From an archaeon (GTDB lineage: Archaea; Nanobdellota; Nanobdellia; Woesearchaeales; UBA9642): a stretch of 64,000 nt of DNA. The notes beneath the pieces were generated by a model. It was not told the DNA's origin, ran no database searches, and saw only the letters and a list, made by a program, of their open reading frames with translations. Each line of letters begins with the position of its first letter. The stretch's first letter is position 1. The stretch lies in the NCBI GenBank assembly GCA_020057295.1, contig JAGVGF010000004.1, forward strand, positions 32,001 through 96,000, read 5' to 3'. A program made the position numbers and the translations under genes. Below, piece by piece: positions 40,795 through 51,037 of the stretch.

Positions 40795-41895
40795 TTAATT
40801 AGCGACCATTCTTTTATAATATTTATTTTTGGATAAAAGTATATTTGCTAATATTATTGCAGTAATTCCGGCCACCAACTTTCCAATAATCATTGGCAAT
40901 ATAAATTCTTTATTTACTGCAGCAGTAAATCCGAGATGATCTCCTAGAATAAATGATGCGCTTACAGCGAATGCAACATTCAGAACTTTTTCTCTGTTTG
41001 TCATATCTTTTAGCATAGTAAACATAGGAATATTATTCGCAAGAGTCGATATCATTCCAAGGATTCCTCTCTCTTTCATTCCAATTTTTTTTCCTATATT
41101 ATTTAAAGTTTTTTTCAGAAGTTTGCTTACTATGTAAAGAAGCGGGAATGCTCCTGCCAAAACTATGGCTATTCCAGCGATAATTTTGAATCCATCCCAA
41201 ATAGGAATCATTCCTTCAATTATTGTTATGTTTGTTAATGTCTGGAATATGCTTACTACAAGACTTAATGTTATTACAATTAGTATCAACCAACCAAACC
41301 ATGTAAAAAATTTGAGAGTCTTTTCCGGAATCTTCCATAAAAAGAATGCTATGATAAGCGATATGATTATTATCGGAACGAGATTTGCAAGTATCATCAT
41401 CACATCAAATCCTGCAATAATTCCTCCGATAAACGCACCAAGTGGTATTGTTATTATTCCTGCTAGTATTCCAAGAGCAAGAAATTTATGGTCTTCTTTT
41501 TTAATTATTCCAAGCGCTACCGGAATTGTGAATACGAGAACTGCTCCAAGCATTGACGCAACAATTAATCCAGCAAATAGTCCTGCGTTTGCGCTTTGTG
41601 CTAACTGCATTGCAAGAGGATAACCTCCCATATCATTTGCGAGTATAGTTCCAGCAAACATTGAAGGATCCGCTCCTAAAAACGTATATACGGGAACTAT
41701 GATTGGCTGTAATATTTTTGCAAGAACTGGAGAAATTGCAATCATTCCAACCATTGCTAGAGCAAGAGGTCCTAGAGCATTTATTCCTTCCTCGAATTTT
41801 TTACCCAAACCAAACCTATTTTTTAGACATCTATCAATAGCTCCAAGAACAGCAAAAATTGCCATAATAAATATTATTATATAATTTACGTCCAT
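40795..41895 (-). CDS. eutH: EutH-family ethanolamine transporter
   Basis: LGAIDR...RFGLG..FEEG, LANDMGGY.LA, FTIPVALG, LANNIPMF, LGDHLGF. Confidence 0.9.
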   Translation of the reverse strand: MDVNYIIIFIMAIFAVLGAIDRCLKNRFGLGKKFEEGINALGPLALAMVGMIAISPVLAKILQPIIVPVYTFLGADPSMFAGTILANDMGGYPLAMQLAQSANAGLFAGLIVASMLGAVLVFTIPVALGIIKKEDHKFLALGILAGIITIPLGAFIGGIIAGFDVMMILANLVPIIIISLIIAFFLWKIPEKTLKFFTWFGWLILIVITLSLVVSIFQTLTNITIIEGMIPIWDGFKIIAGIAIVLAGAFPLLYIVSKLLKKTLNNIGKKIGMKERGILGMISTLANNIPMFTMLKDMTNREKVLNVAFAVSASFILGDHLGFTAAVNKEFILPMIIGKLVAGITAIILANILLSKNKYYKRMVAN

Positions 41896-41966
41896 CGTAT
41901 TTGAGACAATATAAGATATAAATATTTATTGGTTGTTATACTTTTAAGTCTTTAGAAAATTAAATA

Positions 41967-42088
41967 TCCCTTCGCCCAGACTCGAACCGGGAACCTCACG
42001 GTTACGGCTGAACATTTTTCATCCATTGTCAAACGACATAGTCGAATGTTTTCTACAGCCGTGCGCTCTACCATTGAGCTACGAAGGG
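41967..42088 (-). tRNA. tRNA-Tyr(GTA) with 50-nt intron at 37/38 (42003-42052)
   Basis: C1:G72 and A73 archaeal Tyr identity, CACGG/CCGTG anticodon stem split by the intron. Confidence 0.93.
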
Positions 42089-42186
42089 AATATTCTTTGG
42101 AAATAGAAATGGTTTATAAAGATTGTTGATTGATATATGCTCATCAACCAATACCTTTTTAAACACCCTAAAATTCCCATTATTAT

Positions 42187-42359
42187 ATTAATGCTTAAGC
42201 TACATCAACGTTGCATTCAATCTACGCATTGATATTGAGACTGACTTGACAAGTCACGAGGAATATCAAAAATGCTTTGTACTATATCTGAATAATCATA
42301 CACTACAACTACAGATAGAGCTATGCAATTTTTCCTCGAAATCGTTCAAAATCATTAAT
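42187..42359 (+). ncRNA. Candidate ~170-nt structured RNA / long pre-tRNA leader (strand uncertain)
   Basis: ATTAATG/CATTAAT closing stem, TTGCAT/ATGCAA, GCATT-GATATT/AATATC-AATGC, TGACTT/AAGTCA, TATCTG/CAGATA; TTTAAACA box at 42158. Confidence 0.5.
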
Positions 42360-42382
42360 TAACAAAAAAAATCACAGTAACT

Positions 42383-42455
42383 GCCCTGGTAGTGTAGCGG
42401 CCTATCATGCAACCCTGTCACGGTTGCGACCCGGGTTCAAATCCCGGCTAGGGCG
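42383..42455 (+). tRNA. tRNA-Asp(GTC)
   Basis: GCCCTGG/CTAGGGC, CAACC-CT-GTC-AC-GGTTG, G73. Confidence 0.95.
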
Positions 42456-42524
42456 TATTATATTTAAAAATATGTAACATAGTCGATATCCAGCTGAGTT
42501 TAGGTATCGATAATCAAATTTAAT

Positions 42525-42599
42525 GGGTCCGTAGCTCAGCCTGGTTAGAGCAATGCACTTTTAATGCATTGGCCGCGAGTTCAAATCTCGTCGGACCCG
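42525..42599 (+). tRNA. tRNA-Lys(TTT)
   Basis: GGGTCCG/CGGACCC, ATGCA-CT-TTT-AA-TGCAT. Confidence 0.95.
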
Positions 42600-42638
42600 T
42601 AATATTTAATATAAAAAATTATGTAGTGGGGATGTAAA

Positions 42639-42908
42639 ATGGTCAAGAAAAGAAAATCAAAGCCGACAGAAAAACTCGATGTAAGTAATCACATTCTAGT
42701 GCCAAAACATGAGAAGTGTTCTGAAACGGAAAAGAAAGCGTTACTAAAAAAGTTTAATGTCGAAATCAAAGACTTACCAAAAATTTCTATTAATGATGCA
42801 GCAATAGTTGATATGAATCTACAACCAGGAGATGTTGTAAAGATAACAAGAGCTAGCCCAACAGCAGGCGAGAGTATATTTTATAGAGTAGTAATAGAGA
42901 TTAAATAA
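42639..42908 (+). CDS. rpoH: RNA polymerase subunit H (Rpo5)
   Basis: HILVPKHE, LPKI...D, GDVVKITR.SPTAG...YRVV. Confidence 0.97.
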   Translation: MVKKRKSKPTEKLDVSNHILVPKHEKCSETEKKALLKKFNVEIKDLPKISINDAAIVDMNLQPGDVVKITRASPTAGESIFYRVVIEIK

Positions 42909-42954
42909 ATTATAATTAATACAATGAAAAATATTATTATTATCGGAGGCCAAA

Positions 42955-44439
42955 ATGAGTGATTATTCAAAGTTGTTAATAAAAAAATATTTTGATGATA
43001 ACTCCTTTATTGCAGCAGATATAAAATCATACAACAATTTTGTTGATGTAGAGTTGCAAAAAATTATAGAGGAGAATAAGATTATCGAGCCAACAATTAT
43101 TCCAAGTAATGTTGAAGAATACAAAATAATGTTAGATAAGATTTCTATAACCAAACCAGAAATAACAGAAGCTGATGGTTCTAAAAGAGTAATTTATCCT
43201 ATGGAAGCAAGATTAAGAAAATTATCATACAGTGCTCCGGTATTCATAGAGATATCAAGTCATATCAATGGCGCGCAACGTGAATCATTCAGAACACAAA
43301 TTGGTTCTATACCAGTAATGTTAAAATCAAAATATTGTCACTTAAATGGTTTATCAAGAGAAGAACTAATAGATAAAGGAGAGGATCCTGAAGATCCAGG
43401 TGGTTACTTCATAATTAATGGTACAGAAAAAGCATTAGTCAAAATCGAAGATTTGGCAGCGAATAAATTCTTAGTATCAGTATCTAGCAGTACAACAACA
43501 CCATTCGAAGGTAAAGTATTCTCCGAAAGAGGATCATATAAGATTCCACATAGCATAGAAAAATTAAAAGACGGAATAGTATACATATCATTTACAAGAG
43601 TAAAGAGAATACCGTTAGTAGTAATAATCAAAGCATTAGGTGTAGTAAAGGATGAAGATATAATGAAATATATCGAGTTAGAAGATAGTTCTGAAGTATT
43701 CATCAACCTATATGAGTTTGTAGATATAAAGACTGAAGATGATGCAGTAGATTATATTGCAAAAAGAATTGGTATAATGCAGACTAAAGAAATAAGAATG
43801 GAAAGAACAAGAGAAATCTTAGACAAATATTTACTACCACACATTGGCTTAGAAAAAAGCGGCAGATCTTCAAAAGCACAGAACTTGTGTAAGATGTTAA
43901 AGAAATACATCTTAGTATATAATGGGGTATTACCAGCAGATGATAGAGATCATTATATGAACAAGAGATTAAAAATGTCTGGTGATTTACTTGCTGACTT
44001 GATTAGAGCAAATCTTAAAATATTAATTGGAGACATGTTATACAATTTCCAAAGAATTGTAAAACGTGGAAAATTCCCAAATCTAAAAGTAATAATTAGA
44101 GACAAATTATTAACTCAAAGAGTATACAGTAGTATGGCTACTGGTTCATGGGTTGGTGGAAGAAAAGGAATAAGTCAGAGAATGGAAAGACTAAATTTCT
44201 TACAGGTACAATCTACATTACAAAGAGTTATCAGTCCACTTAGTGCGTCACAGGAAAACTTCGAGGCAAGAACATTACATCCTACACATTTAGGAAGACT
44301 ATGTCCTGCAGAAACTCCAGAAGGTACAAATATTGGATTGAGAAAAAATTTAGCATTACTTGCAAATATAACTCAAGAAATTGATGAAGAAGAAGTATTA
44401 AAGACATTAAAAGGCTTAGGATTGGAGATGGCCAAATAA
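42955..44439 (+). CDS. rpoB2: RNA polymerase subunit B'' (Rpo2N)
   Basis: YPMEARLR, DPGGYFIINGTE, CPAETPEG.NIGL.KNLA. Confidence 0.97.
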   Translation: MSDYSKLLIKKYFDDNSFIAADIKSYNNFVDVELQKIIEENKIIEPTIIPSNVEEYKIMLDKISITKPEITEADGSKRVIYPMEARLRKLSYSAPVFIEISSHINGAQRESFRTQIGSIPVMLKSKYCHLNGLSREELIDKGEDPEDPGGYFIINGTEKALVKIEDLAANKFLVSVSSSTTTPFEGKVFSERGSYKIPHSIEKLKDGIVYISFTRVKRIPLVVIIKALGVVKDEDIMKYIELEDSSEVFINLYEFVDIKTEDDAVDYIAKRIGIMQTKEIRMERTREILDKYLLPHIGLEKSGRSSKAQNLCKMLKKYILVYNGVLPADDRDHYMNKRLKMSGDLLADLIRANLKILIGDMLYNFQRIVKRGKFPNLKVIIRDKLLTQRVYSSMATGSWVGGRKGISQRMERLNFLQVQSTLQRVISPLSASQENFEARTLHPTHLGRLCPAETPEGTNIGLRKNLALLANITQEIDEEEVLKTLKGLGLEMAK

Positions 44440-44469
44440 TTATAATTATTGAGGATCAAGGTGTAAAAA

Positions 44470-46275
44470 ATGGTTGAAGTCTTTATTGATAACAAATATG
44501 TTGGTAACGTTAAGGATGGAAAGAAATTTTCCGAAGATATCATAGCTTTCAGACGTATTGGTAAACTACCCATGGAAGTAAATGTACGATATGATCAAAA
44601 AATGGATCAAATATTCGTAGAAACCGCACGTGGTAGAGCAATCAGACCATTAATTGTTGTTAAAGATGGCAAGTCTGTATTAACAGATAAACATCTTGAA
44701 CAATTGAGAAATAATTCATTATCATGGGCTGACTTATTAAAACAGGGACTACTTGAATACTTAGATCCAACAGAAGAGGAAAATGCACTTGTAGCATTTT
44801 ATGAAAGTGATTTAACATCAGAACATACACACCTAGAAATTTCACCTATTGCAATACTTGGATTATGTACAAGTTTAATTCCATTCGGTCAATTCAACCA
44901 AGGAGTAAGACTTTCACAAGGTTCAAAAAATCAGAAACAAGCAGTAGGATTCTATGCAGCAAATTATTTCTGCAGAATAGATATGGATGTAAATATATTA
45001 CATTATCCACAAAATCCTGTAGTTAAAACTTTAATGCATGATGTTTCAGATTATGAAAAACATCCATCAGGACAGAATGTTGTAATAGCAGTAATGCCAT
45101 ACGATGGATATAATATGGAAGATGCAGTAGTAATTAACAGAGGCTCTGTTGACAGAGGATTAGGCAGAAGTACATATTATAGACCAGTAGTATCTGAAGA
45201 ATTAAGATACCCTGGTGGTTTAATGGATGAAATAGTAATTCCAAATAAAGATGTTAAAGGTTACAGAACAGAAAAAGATTATAGATTCTTAGAAGAAGAC
45301 GGTATTGTAAGTGCTGAAAGCAAAGTTGCTGAAGGAGACGTAATCATAGGAAAGACAAGTCCTCCAAGATTCTTAAATTCAATGGATGAATACAATTTAG
45401 CAGGAAATGTCAGAAGAGAAAGTTCAATGACATTAGAACACGGAGAAAAAGGAGTTGTTGATTTAGTAATGTTATCAGAAAATGAGGAAGGTAACAGATT
45501 AATCCAAGTGAGATTAAGAGAACAAAGAATTCCAGAAATTGGAGATAAATTTATTTCAAGACACGGTCAGAAAGGTGTTATTGGATTAGTAGTTCCAGAA
45601 CAAGACATTCCATTCAGTGAAACTGGAATGAGACCGGATATATTATTCAATCCACACGGTCTACCAAAAAGAATGACAGTTGCACATTTAATGGAAATGT
45701 TAGGTGGTAGAGTTGGTGCAATGGAAGGAAGATTTGTTGACGGAACAACATTCGATTCAGAAAATGCAGACGACTTAAGAAAGACATTAGAAAAATTAGG
45801 ATTCAAAGAAGACGGTACAGAAGTAATGTATTCAAGCATTACAGGAAGACCATACACTGCAAGAATATTCATTGGTAACATGTATTATCAGAGATTGAAA
45901 CACATGGTAGCAAATAAAATGCATTCAAGAGCAAGAGGACCAATCCAATTGTTAACAAGACAACCAACTGAAGGTAGAGCAAAAGAAGGTGGCTTAAGAC
46001 TTGGAGAGATGGAGAAGGATACATTCGTAGCACACGGTGCATCAATGCTCTTAAAAGAAAGATTTGATTCAGATAAAACAATAGTTCCAATATGTGAAAA
46101 ATGTGGAATGATTGGAGTATATGATTCAAGAAAGAATAAGAGTTATTGTCCAGTATGTGGAGATACGGCAGAATTAAGCAATGTAGAAATCGCATATGCA
46201 TTCAAGTTATTCATGGACGAAATTAAATCATTCGGTATATATCCGAAAATGATATTGAAGAGCGAGTACGAATAA
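44470..46275 (+). CDS. rpoB1: RNA polymerase subunit B' (Rpo2C)
   Basis: GYNMED, GDKFISRHGQKG, RQPTEGRAKEGGLRLGEME. Confidence 0.97.
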   Translation: MVEVFIDNKYVGNVKDGKKFSEDIIAFRRIGKLPMEVNVRYDQKMDQIFVETARGRAIRPLIVVKDGKSVLTDKHLEQLRNNSLSWADLLKQGLLEYLDPTEEENALVAFYESDLTSEHTHLEISPIAILGLCTSLIPFGQFNQGVRLSQGSKNQKQAVGFYAANYFCRIDMDVNILHYPQNPVVKTLMHDVSDYEKHPSGQNVVIAVMPYDGYNMEDAVVINRGSVDRGLGRSTYYRPVVSEELRYPGGLMDEIVIPNKDVKGYRTEKDYRFLEEDGIVSAESKVAEGDVIIGKTSPPRFLNSMDEYNLAGNVRRESSMTLEHGEKGVVDLVMLSENEEGNRLIQVRLREQRIPEIGDKFISRHGQKGVIGLVVPEQDIPFSETGMRPDILFNPHGLPKRMTVAHLMEMLGGRVGAMEGRFVDGTTFDSENADDLRKTLEKLGFKEDGTEVMYSSITGRPYTARIFIGNMYYQRLKHMVANKMHSRARGPIQLLTRQPTEGRAKEGGLRLGEMEKDTFVAHGASMLLKERFDSDKTIVPICEKCGMIGVYDSRKNKSYCPVCGDTAELSNVEIAYAFKLFMDEIKSFGIYPKMILKSEYE

Positions 46276-46355
46276 AATAATTCGTAAGATACGACAACAA
46301 AATAAAATTATAAAAATAAAATACTAAAAAATAATAATGGTTACGAGGGTTTAAA

Positions 46356-48956
46356 ATGGATGAATACGTTCACAAGAAGGTTGATAGAATCGAATTCGGA
46401 TTTATGAGTTCGAAAGCCATCAAAGATATGGCATCTGCAAAAATTGTTACACCAGAATTATACGATAAGGAAGGATATCCTGTAGATGGTGGATTAATGG
46501 ACATAAGACTTGGTGTAATTGATCCAGGATTAAAATGTAAAACTTGTGGTGGAAAATTAAAGGAATGCCCAGGACATTTTGGTTATATGGAACTTGCAAG
46601 ACCAGTAATACATATTAAATTTATAACATTACTTTATGATTTAGTTAGATGCACTTGTAGAGATTGTGGAAGAATATTAATTCCTAAAACAAAGATTGAC
46701 AAATGCATGGAAGATTTAGTACGCGTTGAGTTAGAAGGCGGATTAACAGCTCGTAGAGACAGAATTAAAGAAATTATTACAGAATTAAAATCTACAAATC
46801 AATGCCCTTACTGTAAAGCTAAACAATTCAAGATTACTTTAGAAAAACCAACAACATTCTTAGAGGAAGAAAAGAAAATTTCACCAATTGAAGTAAGAAT
46901 GCGTTTAGAAAAAATGACTGATGATGACTTAAAAGTCTTCGGTATAAATCCTGTAGCATTAAGACCAGAATGGACTGTGTTAACAGTAATGCCGATACCG
47001 TCAGTAACAATGAGACCATCAATCACATTAGAATCTGGTGAGAGATCAGAAGATGATTTGACACACAAGCTTGGTGATATTGTTAGAATCAATCAGAGAC
47101 TATTCGAAAATATTAATGCTGGTGCGCCAGAAATAATTATTGAAGATTTATGGGATTTATTACAATACCATATCACAACATTTTTCGATAACGAAGTTAG
47201 TCAATTACCTCCAGCAAGACATAGAAGTGGTCAACCATTAAAGACATTGACTGCAAGAATAAAGAGTAAAGAAGGTAGAATTAGACATAACTTAGCAGGA
47301 AAAAGAACTAACTTTTCAGCAAGAACAGTTATCAGTCCAGATCCAAAATTAAATATTAATGAAGTTGGTATTCCAAAAGTTGTAGCAATGAAGTTAACAG
47401 TTCCACAACGCGTAACGACTTGGAACATGGAATACTTAAAACAATTTGTATCAAGAGGACCAGAAACTTATCCAGGATCAAACTATGTTATTAGACCAGA
47501 TGGTAAGAGAAAGAGAATAACAAATGAGACTAAGGAGCAATTAGTTGAAGAGATACAACCAGGATTTATTGTTGAAAGACACTTAATGGATGGAGATATT
47601 GCAATATTCAATAGACAACCATCATTACACAGAATGAGCATGATGTGTCATAAAATAAAAGTTCTACCAGGATTAACATTTAGAATTAATCCAGCAGTAT
47701 GTGAGCCATACAATGCAGACTTCGATGGAGACGAGATGAACTTGCATATTCCACAAACAGAAGAAGCAAGAGCAGAAGCAGAAATATTAATGCATGTACC
47801 AACACAAATAATCTCTCCAAGATATGGTCTATCAATCATCGGATGTAACAAAGATGCACAAACCGGTATGTATGTATTATCCAAGAAAGATTTTAAATTA
47901 ACAAGAGAAGAAGCAGTAGATTTACTAGCTGCAATAAACATTACAGACTTCTCAAGACTTCCAGATAAAGAAATTGTTAGTGGTAGAGATGTAATAAGTG
48001 CATTACTACCAAAAGACTTTAACTTTACAGGATACTCTAAAGTCTACAAGGAAAATAAGGAAGACCCAGATGCAATAGTAAAAATAGAAAAGGGTCACTT
48101 GAAGAGTGGAGTATTAGATAATGCAAATCTTGGTGAAGGTCAAGGATTATTATTAAGACACATCTATAAACAGTATGGTCCAGATTTCGCATCTGATTTC
48201 TTAGGTAAAATATTCAGACTAGGAAATGCTGTATTAACATATACCGGATTCACAACAGGAATAGGAGATATTGATATAAGTGCAGATGCTAAGAAACAAA
48301 TTATGGACATAACTGACAATACATATGTAGAAGTAGATCAGTTAATCAAAGACTATAATGAAGGAACATTAGAAACATTACCAGGCCGAAGTATGAAAGA
48401 AACTTTAGAATTAAAGATTCTGGAAAAATTAAATAAGGCAAGAAACAGATCTGGTAAAATTGTCGCAGATACTGCAAGAAAAGATTCTGAATTAATGACT
48501 ATGATAAAATCTGGCGGTGCAGGTAACCTATTAAATTTAGCACAGATGAGTGCGTGTGTAGGACAGCAGTCAATGAGAGGAGGAAGAATCAGTAAGGGAT
48601 ACGAAGATAGAACATTATCTGTATTCAAGAAAAATGATTTGAGCCCAGCAGCACGAGGATTTATCAAAGAAGGATTCAAAGATGGCCTTAGACCACACGA
48701 ATTATTCTTCATGAGTATGACTGGAAGAGACAGTCTGATGGATACTGCATTAAGAACACCAAAATCTGGATATTTATACAGAAGATTAGCGAACGCGATG
48801 CAGGACTTGAAAGTCAATAACGACTTTACTGTAAGAGATGCAAGTAACAAGATTGTACAATTCGTTTACGGTGAAGATGGTGTTGATGTTACTAAATCAG
48901 AAAGTGGTAGAATCAATGTTAAAAGAATAATAGAAAAAGTAGTTACAGAGGAATAA
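46356..48956 (+). CDS. rpoA1: RNA polymerase subunit A' (Rpo1N)
   Basis: CPGHFG, FNRQPSLH, YNADFDGDEMN, TPKSGY. Confidence 0.98.
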   Translation: MDEYVHKKVDRIEFGFMSSKAIKDMASAKIVTPELYDKEGYPVDGGLMDIRLGVIDPGLKCKTCGGKLKECPGHFGYMELARPVIHIKFITLLYDLVRCTCRDCGRILIPKTKIDKCMEDLVRVELEGGLTARRDRIKEIITELKSTNQCPYCKAKQFKITLEKPTTFLEEEKKISPIEVRMRLEKMTDDDLKVFGINPVALRPEWTVLTVMPIPSVTMRPSITLESGERSEDDLTHKLGDIVRINQRLFENINAGAPEIIIEDLWDLLQYHITTFFDNEVSQLPPARHRSGQPLKTLTARIKSKEGRIRHNLAGKRTNFSARTVISPDPKLNINEVGIPKVVAMKLTVPQRVTTWNMEYLKQFVSRGPETYPGSNYVIRPDGKRKRITNETKEQLVEEIQPGFIVERHLMDGDIAIFNRQPSLHRMSMMCHKIKVLPGLTFRINPAVCEPYNADFDGDEMNLHIPQTEEARAEAEILMHVPTQIISPRYGLSIIGCNKDAQTGMYVLSKKDFKLTREEAVDLLAAINITDFSRLPDKEIVSGRDVISALLPKDFNFTGYSKVYKENKEDPDAIVKIEKGHLKSGVLDNANLGEGQGLLLRHIYKQYGPDFASDFLGKIFRLGNAVLTYTGFTTGIGDIDISADAKKQIMDITDNTYVEVDQLIKDYNEGTLETLPGRSMKETLELKILEKLNKARNRSGKIVADTARKDSELMTMIKSGGAGNLLNLAQMSACVGQQSMRGGRISKGYEDRTLSVFKKNDLSPAARGFIKEGFKDGLRPHELFFMSMTGRDSLMDTALRTPKSGYLYRRLANAMQDLKVNNDFTVRDASNKIVQFVYGEDGVDVTKSESGRINVKRIIEKVVTEE

Positions 48957-49010
48957 ACGATTAGTAACAATATTATAAAAAATTATGAATAATAATTAAA
49001 GGTGTCAAAA

Positions 49011-50189
49011 ATGGATAACAAACTATTCAAAGAATATGAGGATTTAATTCCAGCGAAAATTATAGATGATGTAAAAGCTAGTCTTCCAGATAAAATTTCT
49101 GACAGTAAAGTAAAGAAGATAATGGAATTAGTTTATGAAGAATATAAAAATTCTTTAGCTGAACCAGGAGAATCAGTAGGATTAGTAGCAGCAGAATCAA
49201 TAGGAGAACCATCCACTCAAATGACTCTAAACACATTCCACTTTGCAGGTGTATCGGAGATGAACGTAACTACAGGTTTACCAAGAATTATCGAAGTACT
49301 TGATGGTAGAGCAGAAATAAGTACCAAAATGATGCAGATATACTTAAAGAGTCCATACAGTGAAGGTAAGGATATTAAGAAAATAGCAGAATCAATTAAG
49401 GAAACAACATTAAAAGAATATATCAAAGAAACATCAATAGATATTGCAGAATCACAGATGATGCTTTCATTAGATGAAGATAAATTATCAAGAGTAGGAA
49501 TGAAACCTGCAACAATAATTAAAGTATTAGAAAAAGCATTCGCTAAAGGATACAGTTTCAAACCTTCAAAAGAAAATGAAAATGTGTTAATAATAAAATC
49601 TACATCTAAAGAAGATGATTTAAATAACATTTACAAACTGAAGGAAAAATTACAAGAAATATACGTTAACGGAATTAAAGGCATAAAACAAGTTTTGCCA
49701 GTAAGAAAAGGCGAAGAATATATTGTTGTAACATCTGGTTCAAACTTAAAAGATGTATTTAAGCTAGAATTTGTTAATCCAGATAAAACAATCACTAATG
49801 ATATTTTTGAAATTGAAAAAATATTAGGTGTTGAAGCAGCAAGACAAGCAATAATTGATGAAGTAGCAAAAGTCATTGATGAACAAGGATTAAATGTAGA
49901 CTTAAGACATATAATGTTAGTATCTGATATAATGACTACATCAGCAACAGTTCTTGGAGTAAACAGATATGGTATTGTTAAGGAAAAACCATCTGTACTT
50001 GCTAGAGCATCATTCGAGACACCAATCAAGCACATAATAAATGCAAGTATCAGTGGTGAAACTGATTATTTAAGAAGTGTTATTGAGAATGTTATGATAA
50101 ATCAAGTTGTACCAGTAGGAACTGGATTACCAAGATTAACTGTAAAGGTTGAAAAGAAAGGCAAGAAAGAAAAATCTGAAAAAGAATAA
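49011..50189 (+). CDS. rpoA2: RNA polymerase subunit A'' (Rpo1C)
   Basis: [31 protein letters not shown]. Confidence 0.97.
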   Translation: MDNKLFKEYEDLIPAKIIDDVKASLPDKISDSKVKKIMELVYEEYKNSLAEPGESVGLVAAESIGEPSTQMTLNTFHFAGVSEMNVTTGLPRIIEVLDGRAEISTKMMQIYLKSPYSEGKDIKKIAESIKETTLKEYIKETSIDIAESQMMLSLDEDKLSRVGMKPATIIKVLEKAFAKGYSFKPSKENENVLIIKSTSKEDDLNNIYKLKEKLQEIYVNGIKGIKQVLPVRKGEEYIVVTSGSNLKDVFKLEFVNPDKTITNDIFEIEKILGVEAARQAIIDEVAKVIDEQGLNVDLRHIMLVSDIMTTSATVLGVNRYGIVKEKPSVLARASFETPIKHIINASISGETDYLRSVIENVMINQVVPVGTGLPRLTVKVEKKGKKEKSEKE

Positions 50190-50249
50190 ACTATACAAGA
50201 ACTAAAATAAAATATACAATCAAAAAATTATGTTAAGGAGTTGAATAAA

Positions 50250-50510
50250 ATGTATGAGGAAGAGATAAGAAAGCTATTGACAAGCAAAAAATTAATCATT
50301 GGAGAAGATGAAGTTTTAAAGAATGCACGTAAAGGTGCACTTGCAAAAGTATACTTAGCATCTAATGTTAAAAAAACACTTAATGCTGACTTACTTAAAT
50401 ACGCTAAGATTTCAAGCTTCGAAGTATTAGATACAAAAGTGGCTAATGATGAGCTTGGAACAGTATGTAAAAAACCATTTAGTATATCTACTATAGGGAT
50501 GTTAAGATAA
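50250..50510 (+). CDS. rpl30e: 50S ribosomal protein L30e (eL30)
   Basis: LIIG..EVLK, VYLASN, ELGTVCKKPF; canonical operon position. Confidence 0.9.
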   Translation: MYEEEIRKLLTSKKLIIGEDEVLKNARKGALAKVYLASNVKKTLNADLLKYAKISSFEVLDTKVANDELGTVCKKPFSISTIGMLR

Positions 50511-50526
50511 GATATATCGAGCAAGA

Positions 50527-50967
50527 ATGGAACTATTAAAGAAGGGTACAGCTGTAAAAACTGTCTATGATCTAGATATGATCAAGACAATAAATTTGTT
50601 TGAACAAGTTACACATGCAAGAGTTAAAGAAGCATTCTATATGAAGGATGTTTTGACTTTTATCGTGCTTGAAGGAGACAAGTTTAAGGCTTTAGGTAAA
50701 AACCTTTCAAATCTTCATAAGATTGAACAAATGCTTTCCAAAAAAGTTAAGATAGTTGAATTTGACTCGGACATGACAAAATTTATAACTAATTTAATAT
50801 ACCCTTATAGGGTAGAAAGTGTAGTATTAAATGATAAAGTTGTTACAATCACTGATTCAGACAACAAAACTAAAGGTTTAATAATTGGTGCTAAGGCACA
50901 AAATCTTAGGATGTATGAAGGTATAGTGAAAAAATATTTTGAGATAGAAGAAATAAAAGTTTTGTAA
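50527..50967 (+). CDS. nusA: Archaeal NusA (KH-only)
   Basis: FEQVT.A.VK, KVKIVEF, KGLIIGAKAQNL; operon position. Confidence 0.9.
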   Translation: MELLKKGTAVKTVYDLDMIKTINLFEQVTHARVKEAFYMKDVLTFIVLEGDKFKALGKNLSNLHKIEQMLSKKVKIVEFDSDMTKFITNLIYPYRVESVVLNDKVVTITDSDNKTKGLIIGAKAQNLRMYEGIVKKYFEIEEIKVL

Positions 50968-51037
50968 AACTTTGTGTTTTATGAGACAAATTATTTTTTA
51001 AAATAAAAATTATGTTAAATTTTCGGAGGAGTATAAG

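Noticed and set aside
42003-42052. C/D-box guide RNA inside the tRNA-Tyr intron
   Set aside because: Only a weak box C-like AUGGAUGA and no CUGA box D in the right order
38406-42088. Integrated element between tRNA-Pro and tRNA-Tyr, or next to tRNA-iMet and tRNA-Ser
   Set aside because: No integrase and no duplicated tRNA end (att) seen by eye
42187-42359. RNase P RNA-like words on the minus strand (GAGGAA..., UAGAUUGAAUG, GCUUA)
   Set aside because: No AAGUCC P4 strand, no ACAGAA, no P3, and no clear minus-strand promoter; kept only as an unknown RNA pending cmscan
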